From: Auanema rhodensis
Lineage: Eukaryota > Animalia > Nematoda
DNA length: 64,000 bases
Direction: 5' to 3'
NCBI GenBank assembly: GCA_964057225.1
Contig: OZ059900.1
Location: 19,530,001 to 19,594,000 of the forward strand
Made by a program: the position numbers and the translations under genes. Shown one piece after another: positions 40,901-54,400 of the stretch. Under the pieces are notes generated by a model. It searched no databases, was not told the DNA's origin, and saw only the letters and a list, made by a program, of their open reading frames with translations. The stretch's first letter is position 1. Every line of letters begins with the position of its first letter.

Positions 40901-42777
40901 AATGCAACGAATTTCAGCGTGTTACATACTAAAATGAAGCATTTCACATGCTGAACACTAGAAAAATACAAAAACACAGTAATACCCATGAGAAATATTT
41001 TATTATGCTGGAAAACCAGTTTTTGGAAATTTCGCTGTAAACAAGGTTTTGACTTACGATTTCATGTGTTCAAACTCATGCAATGTCAATGAAACCTAGC
41101 TCAAAATTGTTCGTACAACGTCTAGTTCCACTTTCACGACAAAAAAACAGGGGTTAGAAAATTAAGGAAATTAGCATATTCTGAGGGCACGCCCCTTATG
41201 GCTAATATTGATTAAATCGATTTTTGTTCATATGATTCGTCAAATGCAACGAATTTCAGCGTGTTACATACTAAAATGAACCATTTTACATGCTGAACAC
41301 TAGAAAAATACAAAAACACAGTAATGCCCATGAGAAATATTTTATTATGCTGGAAAACCAGTTTTTGGAAATTTCGCTGTAAACAAGGTTTTGACTTACG
41401 ATTTCATGTGTTCAAACTCATGCAATGTCAATGAAACCTAGCTCAAAATTGTTAATACAATGTCTAGTTCCACTTTCACGACAAAAAAACAGGGGTTAGA
41501 AAATTAAGGAAATTAGCATATTCTGAGGGCACGCCCTTTATGGCTAATATTGATTAAATCGATTTTTGTTCATATGAGTCGTCAAATGCAACGAATTTCA
41601 GCGTGTTACATACTAAAATGAAGCATTTTACATGCTGAACACTAGAAAAATACAAAAACACAGTATTTCCCATGAGAAATATTTTATTATGCTGGAAAAC
41701 CAGTTTTTGGAAATTTCGCTGTAAACAAGGTTTTGACTTACGATTTCATGTGTTCAAACTCATGCAATGTCAATGAAACCTAGCTCAAAATTGTTCGTAC
41801 AACGTCTAGTTCCACTTTCACGACTAAAAAACAGGGGTTAGAAAATTAAGGAAATTAGCATATTCTGAGGGCACGCCCCTTATGGCTAATATTGATTAAA
41901 TCGATTTTTGTTCATATGAGTCGTCAAATGCAACGAATTTCAGCGTGTTACATACTAAAATGAAGCATTTTACATGCTGAACACTAGAAAAATACAAAAA
42001 CACAGTATTTCCCATGAGAAATATTTTATTATGCTGGAAAACCAGTTTTTGGAAATTTCGCTGTAAACAAGGTTTTGACTTACGATTTCATGTGTTCAAA
42101 CTCATGCAATGTCAATGAAACCCAGCTCAAAATTGTTCGTACAACGTCTAGTTCCACTTTCACGACAAAAAAACAGGGGTTAGAAAATTAAGGAAATTAG
42201 CATATTCTGAGGGCACGCCCCTTATGGCTAATATTGATTAAATCGATTTTTGTTCATATGAGTCGTCAAATGCAACGAATTTCAGCGTGTTACATACTAA
42301 AATGAAGCATTTTACATGCTGAACACTAGAAAAATACAAAAACACAGTATTTCCCATGAGAAATATTTTATTATGCTGGAAAACCAGTTTTTGGAAATTT
42401 CGCTGTAAACAAGGTTTTGACTTACGATTTCATGTGTTCAAACTCATGCAATGTCAATGAAACCTAGCTCAAAATTGTTCCTACAACGTCTAGTTCCACT
42501 TTCACGACAAAAAAACAGGGGTTAGAAAATTAAGGAAATTAGCATATTCTGAGGGCACGCCCTTTATGGCTAATATTGATTAAATCGGTTTTTGTTCATA
42601 TGAGTCGTCAAATGCAACGAATTTCAGCGTGTTACATACTAAAATGAAGCATTTCACATGCTGAACACTAGAAAAATACAAAAACACAGTATTTCCCATG
42701 AGAAATATTTTATTATGCTGGAAAACCAGTTTTTGGAAATTTCGCTGTAAACAAGGTTTTGACTTACGATTTCATGT
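37990..42777 (+). repeat. 7-monomer duplication (2394-bp period)
   Basis: The rare double marker ATGATTCG + GAACCAT occurs in monomers 38674 and 41068, and the neighbouring monomer types match in order. Confidence 0.85.
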
Positions 42778-45700
42778 GTTCAAACTCATGCAATGTCAAT
42801 GAAACCTAGCTCAAAATTGTTCGTACAACGTCTAGTTCCACTTTCACGACAAAAAAACAGGGGTTAGAAAATTAAGGAAATTAGCATATTCTGAGGGCAC
42901 GCCCCTTATGGCTAATATTGATTAAATCGATTTTTGTTCATATGAGTCGTCAAATGCAACGAATTTCAGCGTGTTACATACTAAAATGAAGCATTTTACA
43001 TGCTGAACACTAGAAAAATACAAAAACACAGTATTTCCCATGAGAAATATTTTATTATGCTGGAAAACCAGTTTTTGGAAATTTCGCTGTAAACAAGGTT
43101 TTGACTTACGATTTCATGTGTTCAAACTCATGCAATGTCAATGAAACCTAGCTCAAAATTGTTCGTACAACGTCTAGTTCCACTTTCACGACTAAAAAAC
43201 AGGGGTTAGAAAATTAAGGAAATTAGCATATTCTGAGGGCACGCCCCTTATGGCTAATATTGATTAAATCGATTTTTGTTCATATGAGTCGTCAAATGCA
43301 ACGAATTTCAGCGTGTTACATACTAAAATGAAGCATTTTACATGCTGAACACTAGAAAAATACAAAAACACAGTATTTCCCATGAGAAATATTTTATTAT
43401 GCTGGAAAACCAGTTTTTGGAAATTTCGCTGTAAACAAGGTTTTGACTTACGATTTCATGTGTTCAAACTCATGCAATGTCAATGAAACCCAGCTCAAAA
43501 TTGTTCGTACAACGTCTAGTTCCACTTTCACGACAAAAAAACAGGGGTTAGAAAATTAAGGAAATTAGCATATTCTGAGGGCACGCCCCTTATGGCTAAT
43601 ATTGATTAAATCGATTTTTGTTCATATGAGTCGTCAAATGCAACGAATTTCAGCGTGTTACATACTAAAATGAAGCATTTTACATGCTGAACACTAGAAA
43701 AATACAAAAACACAGTATTTCCCATGAGAAATATTTTATTATGCTGGAAAACCAGTTTTTGGAAATTTCGCTGTAAACAAGGTTTTGACTTACGATTTCA
43801 TGTGTTCAAACTCATGCAATGTCAATGAAACCTAGCTCAAAATTGTTCGTACAACGTCTAGTTCCACTTTCACGACAAAAAAACAGGGGTTAGAAAATTA
43901 AGGAAATTAGCATATTCTGAGGGCACGCCCCTTATGGCTAATATTGATTAAATCGATTTTTGTTCATATGAGTCGTCAAATGCAACGAATTTCAGCGTGT
44001 TACATACTAAAATGAAGCATTTTACATGCTGAACACTAGAAAAATACAAAAACACAGTATTTCCCATGAGAAATATTTTATTATGCTGGAAAACCAGTTT
44101 TTGGAAATTTCGCTGTAAACAAGGTTTTGACTTACGATTTCATGTGTTCAAACTCATGCAATGTCAATGAAACCCAGCTCAAAATTGTTCGTACAACGTC
44201 TAGTTCCACTTTCACGACAAAAAAACAGGGGTTAGAAAATTAAGGAAATTAGCATATTCTGAGGGCACGCCCCTTATGGCTAATATTGATTAAATCGATT
44301 TTTGTTCATATGAGTCGTCAAATGCAACGAATTTCAGCGTGTTACATACTAAAATGAAGCATTTCACATGCTGAACACTAGAAAAATACAAAAACACAGT
44401 ATTTCCCATGAGAAATATTTTATTATGCTGGAAAACCAGTTTTTGGAAATTTCGCTGTAAACAAGGTTTTGACTTACGATTTCATGTGTTCAAACTCATG
44501 CAATGTCAATGAAACCTAGCTCAAAATTGTTCGTACAACGTCTAGTTCCACTTTCACGACAAAAAAACAGGGGTTAGAAAATTAAGGAAATTAGCATATT
44601 CTGAGGGCACGCCCCTTATGGCTAATATTGATTAAATCGATTTTTGTTCATATGAGTCGTCAAATGCAACGAATTTCAGCGTGTTACATACTAAAATGAA
44701 GCATTTTACATGCTGAACACTAGAAAAATACAAAAACACAGTATTTCCCATGAGAAATATTTTATTATGCTGGAAAACCAGTTTTTGGAAATTTCGCTGT
44801 AAACAAGGTTTTGACTTACGATTTCATGTGTTCAAACTCATGCAATGTCAATGAAACCCAGCTCAAAATTGTTCGTACAACGTCTAGTTCCACTTTCACG
44901 ACAAAAAAACAGGGGTTAGAAAATTAAGGAAATTAGCATATTCTGAGGGCACGCCCCTTATGGCTAATATTGATTAAATCGATTTTTGTTCATATGAGTC
45001 GTCAAATGCAACGAATTTCAGCGTGTTACATACTAAAATGAAGCATTTTACATGCTGAACACTAGAAAAATACAAAAACACAGTATTTCCCATGAGAAAT
45101 ATTTTATTATGCTGGAAAACCAGTTTTTGGAAATTTCGCTGTAAACAAGGTTTTGACTTACGATTTCATGTGTTCAAACTCATGCAATGTCAATGAAACC
45201 TAGCTCAAAATTGTTCGTACAACGTCTAGTTCCACTTTCACGACAAAAAAACAGGGGTTAGAAAATTAAGGAAATTAGCATATTCTGAGGGCACGCCCCT
45301 TATGGCTAATATTGATTAAATCGATTTTTGTTCATATGAGTCGTCAAATGCAACGAATTTCAGCGTGTTACATACTAAAATGAAGCATTTTACATGCTGA
45401 ACACTAGAAAAATACAAAAACACAGTATTTCCCATGAGAAATATTTTATTATGCTGGAAAACCAGTTTTTGGAAATTTCGCTGTAAACAAGGTTTTGACT
45501 TACGATTTCATGTGTTCAAACTCATGCAATGTCAATGAAACCTAGCTCAAAATTGTTCGTACAACGTCTAGTTCCACTTTCACGACAAAAAAACAGGGGT
45601 TAGAAAATTAAGGAAATTAGCATATTCTGAGGGCACGCCCCTTATGGCTAATATTGATTAAATCGATTTTTGTTCATATGAGTCGTCAAATGCAACGAAT

Positions 45701-48700
45701 TTCAGCGTGTTACATACTAAAATGAAGCATTTTACATGCTGAACACTAGAAAAATACAAAAACACAGTATTTCCCATGAGAAATATTTTATTATGCTGGA
45801 AAACCAGTTTTTGGAAATTTCGCTGTAAACAAGGTTTTGACTTACGATTTCATGTGTTCAAACTCATGCAATGTCAATGAAACCTAGCTCAAAATTGTTC
45901 GTACAACGTCTAGTTCCACTTTCACGACAAAAAAACAGGGGTTAGAAAATTAAGGAAATTAGCATATTCTGAGGGCACGCCCCTTATGGCTAATATTGAT
46001 TAAATCGATTTTTGTTCATATGAGTCGTCAAATGCAACGAATTTCAGCGTGTTACATACTAAAATGAAGCATTTTACATGCTGAACACTAGAAAAATACA
46101 AAAACACAGTATTTCCCATGAGAAATATTTTATTATGCTGGAAAACCAGTTTTTGGAAATTTCGCTGTAAACAAGGTTTTGACTTACGATTTCATGTGTT
46201 CAAACTCATGCAATGTCAATGAAACCCAGCTCAAAATTGTTCGTACAACGTCTAGTTCCACTTTCACGACAAAAAAACAGGGGTTAGAAAATTAAGGAAA
46301 TTAGCATATTCTGAGGGCACGCCCCTTATGGCTAATATTGATTAAATCGATTTTTGTTCATATGAGTCGTCAAATGCAACGAATTTCAGCGTGTTACATA
46401 CTAAAATGAAGCATTTCACATGCTGAACACTAGAAAAATACAAAAACACAGTATTTCCCATGAGAAATATTTTATTATGCTGGAAAACCAGTTTTTGGAA
46501 ATTTCGCTGTAAACAAGGTTTTGACTTACGATTTCATGTGTTCAAACTCATGCAATGTCAATGAAACCTAGCTCAAAATTGTTCGTACAACGTCTAGTTC
46601 CACTTTCACGACAAAAAAACAGGGGTTAGAAAATTAAGGAAATTAGCATATTCTGAGGGCACGCCCCTTATGGCTAATATTGATTAAATCGATTTTTGTT
46701 CATATGAGTCGTCAAATGCAACGAATTTCAGCGTGTTACATACTAAAATGAAGCATTTTACATGCTGAACACTAGAAAAATACAAAAACACAGTATTTCC
46801 CATGAGAAATATTTTATTATGCTGGAAAACCAGTTTTTGGAAATTTCGCTGTAAACAAGGTTTTGACTTACGATTTCATGTGTTCAAACTCATGCAATGT
46901 CAATGAAACCCAGCTCAAAATTGTTCGTACAACGTCTAGTTCCACTTTCACGACAAAAAAACAGGGGTTAGAAAATTAAGGAAATTAGCATATTCTGAGG
47001 GCACGCCCCTTATGGCTAATATTGATTAAATCGATTTTTGTTCATATGAGTCGTCAAATGCAACGAATTTCAGCGTGTTACATACTAAAATGAAGCATTT
47101 TACATGCTGAACACTAGAAAAATACAAAAACACAGTATTTCCCATGAGAAATATTTTATTATGCTGGAAAACCAGTTTTTGGAAATTTCGCTGTAAACAA
47201 GGTTTTGACTTACGATTTCATGTGTTCAAACTCATGCAATGTCAATGAAACCTAGCTCAAAATTGTTCGTACAACGTCTAGTTCCACTTTCACGACAAAA
47301 AAACAGGGGTTAGAAAATTAAGGAAATTAGCATATTCTGAGGGCACGCCCCTTATGGCTAATATTGATTAAATCGATTTTTGTTCATATGAGTCGTCAAA
47401 TGCAACGAATTTCAGCGTGTTACATACTAAAATGAAGCATTTTACATGCTGAACACTAGAAAAATACAAAAACACAGTATTTCCCATGAGAAATATTTTA
47501 TTATGCTGGAAAACCAGTTTTTGGAAATTTCGCTGTAAACAAGGTTTTGACTTACGATTTCATGTGTTCAAACTCATGCAATGTCAATGAAACCTAGCTC
47601 AAAATTGTTCGTACAACGTCTAGTTCCACTTTCACGACAAAAAAACAGGGGTTAGAAAATTAAGGAAATTAGCATATTCTGAGGGCACGCCCCTTATGGC
47701 TAATATTGATTAAATCGATTTTTGTTCATATGAGTCGTCAAATGCAACGAATTTCAGCGTGTTACATACTAAAAAGAAGCATTTTACATGCTGAACACTA
47801 GAAAAATACAAAAACACAGTATTTCCCATGAGAAATATTTTATTATGCTGGAAAACCAGTTTTTGGAAATTTCGCTGTAAACAAGGTTTTGACTTACGAT
47901 TTCATGTGTTCAAACTCATGCAATGTCAATGAAACCTAGCTCAAAATTGTTCGTACAACGTCTAGTTCCACTTTCACGACTAAAAAACAGGGGTTAGAAA
48001 ATTAAGGAAATTAGCATATTCTGAGGGCACGCCCCTTATGGCTAATATTGATTAAATCGATTTTTGTTCATATGAGTCGTCAAATGCAACGAATTTCAGC
48101 GTGTTACATACTAAAATGAAGCATTTTACATGCTGAACACTAGAAAAATACAAAAACACAGTATTTCCCATGAGAAATATTTTATTATGCTGGAAAACCA
48201 GTTTTTGGAAATTTCGCTGTAAACAAGGTTTTGACTTACGATTTCATGTGTTCAAACTCATGCAATGTCAATGAAACCCAGCTCAAAATTGTTCGTACAA
48301 CGTCTAGTTCCACTTTCACGACAAAAAAACAGGGGTTAGAAAATTAAGGAAATTAGCATATTCTGAGGGCACGCCCCTTATGGCTAATATTGATTAAATC
48401 GATTTTTGTTCATATGAGTCGTCAAATGCAACGAATTTCAGCGTGTTACATACTAAAATGAAGCATTTTACATGCTGAACACTAGAAAAATACAAAAACA
48501 CAGTATTTCCCATGAGAAATATTTTATTATGCTGGAAAACCAGTTTTTGGAAATTTCGCTGTAAACAAGGTTTTGACTTACGATTTCATGTGTTCAAACT
48601 CATGCAATGTCAATGAAACCTAGCTCAAAATTGTTCGTACAACGTCTAGTTCCACTTTCACGACAAAAAAACAGGGGTTAGAAAATTAAGGAAATTAGCA

Positions 48701-51460
48701 TATTCTGAGGGCACGCCCCTTATGGCTAATATTGATTAAATCGATTTTTGTTCATATGAGTCGTCAAATGCAACGAATTTCAGCGTGTTACATACTAAAA
48801 TGAAGCATTTTACATGCTGAACACTAGAAAAATACAAAAACACAGTATTTCCCATGAGAAATATTTTATTATGCTGGAAAACCAGTTTTTGGAAATTTCG
48901 CTGTAAACAAGGTTTTGACTTACGATTTCATGTGTTCAAACTCATGCAATGTCAATGAAACCTAGCTCAAAATTGTTCGTACAACGTCTAGTTCCACTTT
49001 CACGACAAAAAAACAGGGGTTAGAAAATTAAGGAAATTAGCATATTCTGAGGGCACGCCCCTTATGGCTAATATTGATTAAATCGATTTTTGTTCATATG
49101 AGTCGTCAAATGCAACGAATTTCAGCGTGTTACATACTAAAATGAAGCATTTTACATGCTGAACACTAGAAAAATACAAAAACACAGTATTTCCCATGAG
49201 AAATATTTTATTATGCTGGAAAACCAGTTTTTGGAAATTTCGCTGTAAACAAGGTTTTGACTTACGATTTCATGTGTTCAAACTCATGCAATGTCAATGA
49301 AACCTAGCTCAAAATTGTTCGTACAACGTCTAGTTCCACTTTCACGACTAAAAAACAGGGGTTAGAAAATTAAGGAAATTAGCATATTCTGAGGGCACGC
49401 CCCTTATGGCTAATATTGATTAAATCGATTTTTGTTCATATGAGTCGTCAAATGCAACGAATTTCAGCGTGTTACATACTAAAATGAAGCATTTTACATG
49501 CTGAACACTAGAAAAATACAAAAACACAGTATTTCCCATGAGAAATATTTTATTATGCTGGAAAACCAGTTTTTGGAAATTTCGCTGTAAACAAGGTTTT
49601 GACTTACGATTTCATGTGTTCAAACTCATGCAATGTCAATGAAACCCAGCTCAAAATTGTTCGTACAACGTCTAGTTCCACTTTCACGACAAAAAAACAG
49701 GGGTTAGAAAATTAAGGAAATTAGCATATTCTGAGGGCACGCCCCTTATGGCTAATATTGATTAAATCGATTTTTGTTCATATGAGTCGTCAAATGCAAC
49801 GAATTTCAGCGTGTTACATACTAAAATGAAGCATTTTACATGCTGAACACTAGAAAAATACAAAAACACAGTATTTCCCATGAGAAATATTTTATTATGC
49901 TGGAAAACCAGTTTTTGGAAATTTCGCTGTAAACAAGGTTTTGACTTACGATTTCATGTGTTCAAACTCATGCAATGTCAATGAAACCTAGCTCAAAATT
50001 GTTCGTACAACGTCTAGTTCCACTTTCACGACAAAAAAACAGGGGTTAGAAAATTAAGGAAATTAGCATATTCTGAGGGCACGCCCCTTATGGCTAATAT
50101 TGATTAAATCGATTTTTGTTCATATGAGTCGTCAAATGCAACGAATTTCAGCGTGTTACATACTAAAATGAAGCATTTTACATGCTGAACACTAGAAAAA
50201 TACAAAAACACAGTATTTCCCATGAGAAATATTTTATTATGCTGGAAAACCAGTTTTTGGAAATTTCGCTGTAAACAAGGTTTTGACTTACGATTTCATG
50301 TGTTCAAACTCATGCAATGTCAATGAAACCCAGCTCAAAATTGTTCGTACAACGTCTAGTTCCACTTTCACGACAAAAAAACAGGGGTTAGAAAATTAAG
50401 GAAATTAGCATATTCTGAGGGCACGCCCCTTATGGCTAATATTGATTAAATCGATTTTTGTTCATATGAGTCGTCAAATGCAACGAATTTCAGCGTGTTA
50501 CATACTAAAATGAAGCATTTTACATGCTGAACACTAGAAAAATACAAAAACACAGTATTTCCCATGAGAAATATTTTATTATGCTGGAAAACCAGTTTTT
50601 GGAAATTTCGCTGTAAACAAGGTTTTGACTTACGATTTCATGTGTTCAAACTCATGCAATGTCAATGAAACCTAGCTCAAAATTGTTCGTACAACGTCTA
50701 GTTCCACTTTCACGACAAAAAAACAGGGGTTAGAAAATTAAGGAAATTAGCATATTCTGAGGGCACGCCCCTTATGGCTAATATTGATTAAATCGATTTT
50801 TGTTCATATGAGTCGTCAAATGCAACGAATTTCAGCGTGTTACATACTAAAATGAAGCATTTTACATGCTGAACACTAGAAAAATACAAAAACACAGTAT
50901 TTCCCATGAGAAATATTTTATTATGCTGGAAAACCAGTTTTTGGAAATTTCGCTGTAAACAAGGTTTTGACTTACGATTTCATGTGTTCAAACTCATGCA
51001 ATGTCAATGAAACCCAGCTCAAAATTGTTCGTACAACGTCTAGTTCCACTTTCACGACAAAAAAACAGGGGTTAGAAAATTAAGGAAATTAGCATATTCT
51101 GAGGGCACGCCCCTTATGGCTAATATTGATTAAATCGATTTTTGTTCATATGAGTCGTCAAATGCAACGAATTTCAGCGTGTTACATACTAAAATGAAGC
51201 ATTTTACATGCTGAACACTAGAAAAATACAAAAACACAGTATTTCCCATGAGAAATATTTTATTATGCTGGAAAACCAGTTTTTGGAAATTTCGCTGTAA
51301 ACAAGGTTTTGACTTACGATTTCATGTGTTCAAACTCATGCAATGTCAATGAAACCTAGCTCAAAATTGTTCGTACAACGTCTAGTTCCACTTTCACGAC
51401 AAAAAAACAGGGGTTAGAAAATTAAGGAAATTAGCATATTCTGAGGGCACGCCCCTTATG

Positions 51461-51490
51461 GCTAATATTGATTTTGTATTTTTCTAGTGT
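51461..51490. other. Strand-switch (inversion) junction within the satellite array
   Basis: GCTAATATTGA-TT-TTGTATTTTTCTAG: the forward monomer ends at pos 144-146 and the reverse monomer begins at pos 248-246. TT at 51472-51473 can be assigned to either side. Confidence 0.97.
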
Positions 51491-54400
51491 TCAGCATGTA
51501 AAATGCTTCATTTTAGTATGTAACACGCTGAAATTCGTTGCATTTGACGACTCATATGAACAAAAATCGATTTAATCAATATTAGCCATAAGGGGCGTAC
51601 CCTCAGAATATGCTAATTTCCTTAATTTTCTAACCCCTGTTTTTTTGTCGTGAAAGTGGGACTAGACGTTGTACGAACAATTTTGAGCTAGGTTTCATTG
51701 ACATTGCATGAGTTTGAACACATGAAATCGTAAGTCAAAACCTTGTTTACAGCGAAATTTCCAAAAACTGGTTTTCCAGCATAATAAAATATTTCTCATG
51801 GGAAATACTGTGTTTTTGTATTTTTCTAGTGTTCAGCATGTAAAATGCTTCATTTTAGTATGTAACACGCTGAAATTCGTTGCATTTGACGACTCATATG
51901 AACAAAAATCGATTTAATCAATATTAGCCATAAGGGGCGTGCCCTCAGAATATGCTAATTTCCTTAATTTTCTAACCCCTGTTTTTTTGTCGTGAAAGTG
52001 GAACTAGACGTTGTACGAACAATTTTGAGCTAGGTTTCATTGACATTGCATGAGTTTGAACACATGAAATCGTAAGTCAAAACCTTGTTTACAGCGAAAT
52101 TTCCAAAAACTGGTTTTCCAGCATAATAAAATATTTCTCATGGGAAATACTGTGTTTTTGTATTTTTCTAGTGTTCAGCATGTAAAATGCTTCATTTTAG
52201 TATGTAACACGCTGAAATTCGTTGCATTTGACGACTCATATGAACAAAAATCGATTTAATCAATATTAGCCATAAGGGGCGTGCCCTCAGAATATGCTAA
52301 TTTCCTTAATTTTCTAACCCCTGTTTTTTGGCCGTGAAAGTGGGACTAGACGTTGTACAAACACTTTTGAGCTAGGTTTTATTGACATTGCATGAGTTTG
52401 AACACATGAAATCGTAAGTCAAAACCTTGTTTACAGCGAAATTTCCAAAAACTGGTTTTCCAGCATAATAAAATATTTCTCATGGGAAATACTGTGTTTT
52501 TGTATTTTTCTAGTGTTCAGCATGTAAAATGCTTCATTTTAGTATGTAACACGCTGAAATTCGTTGCATTTGACGACTCATATGAACAAAAATCGATTTA
52601 ATCAATATTAGCCATAAGGGGCGTGCCCTCAGAATATGCTAATTTCCTTAATTTTCTAACCCCTGTTTTTTTGTCGTGAAAGTGGGACTAGACGTTGTAC
52701 GAACAATTTTGAGCTAGGTTTCATTGACATTGCATGAGTTTGAACACATGAAATCGTAAGTCAAAACCTTGTTTACAGCGAAATTTCCAAAAACTGGTTT
52801 TCCAGCATAATAAAATATTTCTCATGGGAAATACTGTGTTTTTGTATTTTTTTAGTGTTCAGCATGTAAAATGCTTCATTTTAGTATGTAACACGCTGAA
52901 ATTCGTTGCATTTGACGACTCATATGAACAAAAATCGATTTAATCAATATTAGCCATAAGGGGCGTGCCCTCAGAATATGCTAATTCCCTTAATTTTCTA
53001 ACCCCTGTTTTTTTGTCGTGAAAGTGGAACTAGACGTTGTACAAACAATTTTGAGCTAGGTTTCATTGACATTGCATGAGTTTGAACACATGAAATCGTA
53101 AGTCAAAACCTTGTTTACAGCGAAATTTCCAAAAACTGGTTTTCCAGCATAATAAAATATTTCTCATGGGAAATACTGTGTTTTTGTATTTTTCTAGTGT
53201 TCAGCATGTAAAATGCTTCATTTTAGTATGTAACACGCTGAAATTCGTTGCATTTGACGACTCATATTAACAAAAATCGATTTAATCAATATTAGCCATA
53301 AGGGGCGTGCCCTCAGAATATGCTAATTTCCTTAATTTTCTAACCCCTGTTTTTTTGTCGTGAAAGTGGAACTAGACGTTGTACGAACAATTTTGAGCTA
53401 GGTTTCATTGACATTGCATGAGTTTGAACACATGAAATCGTAAGTCAAAACCTTGTTTACAGCGAAATTTCCAAAAACTGGTTTTCCAGCATAATAAAAT
53501 ATTTCTCATGGGAAATACTGTGTTTTTGTATTTTTCTAGTGTTCAGCATGTAAAATACTTCATTTTAGTATGTAACACGCTGAAATTCGTTGCATTTGAC
53601 GACTCATATGAACAAAAATCGATTTAATCAATATTAGCCATAAGGGGCGTGCCCTCAGAATATGCTAATTCCCTTAATTTTCTAACCCCTGTTTTTTTGT
53701 CGTGAAAGTGGAACTAGACGTTGTACAAACAATTTTGAGCTAGGTTTCATTGACATTGCATGAGTTTGAACACATGAAATCGTAAGTCAAAACCTTGTTT
53801 ACAGCGAAATTTCCAAAAACTGGTTTTCCAGCATAATAAAATATTTCTCATGGGAAATACTGTGTTTTTGTATTTTTCTAGTGTTCAGCATGTAAAATGC
53901 TTCATTTTAGTATGTAACACGCTGAAATTCGTTGCATTTGACGACTCATATTAACAAAAATCGATTTAATCAATATTAGCCATAAGGGGCGTGCCCTCAG
54001 AATATGCTAATTTCCTTAATTTTCTAACCCCTGTTTTTTTGTCGTGAAAGTGGAACTAGACGTTGTACGAACAATTTTGAGCTAGGTTTCATTGACATTG
54101 CATGAGTTTGAACACATGAAATCGTAAGTCAAAACCTTGTTTACAGCGAAATTTCCAAAAACTGGTTTTCCAGCATAATAAAATATTTCTCATGGGAAAT
54201 ACTGTGTTTTTGTATTTTTCTAGTGTTCAGCATGTAAAATACTTCATTTTAGTATGTAACACGCTGAAATTCGTTGCATTTGACGACTCATATGAACAAA
54301 AATCGATTTAATCAATATTAGCCATAAGGGGCGTGCCCTCAGAATATGCTAATTCCCTTAATTTTCTAACCCCTGTTTTTTTGTCGTGAAAGTGGAACTA

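Larger units (their letters stand above)
1..51473 (+). repeat. Tandem satellite DNA array, 342-bp monomer, forward orientation (150 full monomers + 146-bp partial)
   Basis: GTTCAAACTCATGCAATG recurs at 1, 343, 685 ... 3421, 6841. The last start is 51328 = 150x342+1+27, where the 27 bp are nine +3 insertions. Monomers are near-identical and about 34% GC. The array probably extends beyond the left edge. Confidence 0.99.

Noticed and set aside
1-51473. Repetitive protein-coding gene (342 bp = 114 codons, and the only indel is +3)
   Set aside because: All six frames have stops in each monomer (+ strand TAG 88-90, TGA 23-25, TAG 30-32 then TAA 96-98; each minus frame also closes). The frame-preserving lengths appear coincidental.
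51430-51620. Transposon terminal inverted repeats or a fold-back read artefact at the junction
   Set aside because: There is no non-satellite DNA or target-site duplication, and variants are not mirrored across the junction as a fold-back chimera would require. Read support still needs checking.
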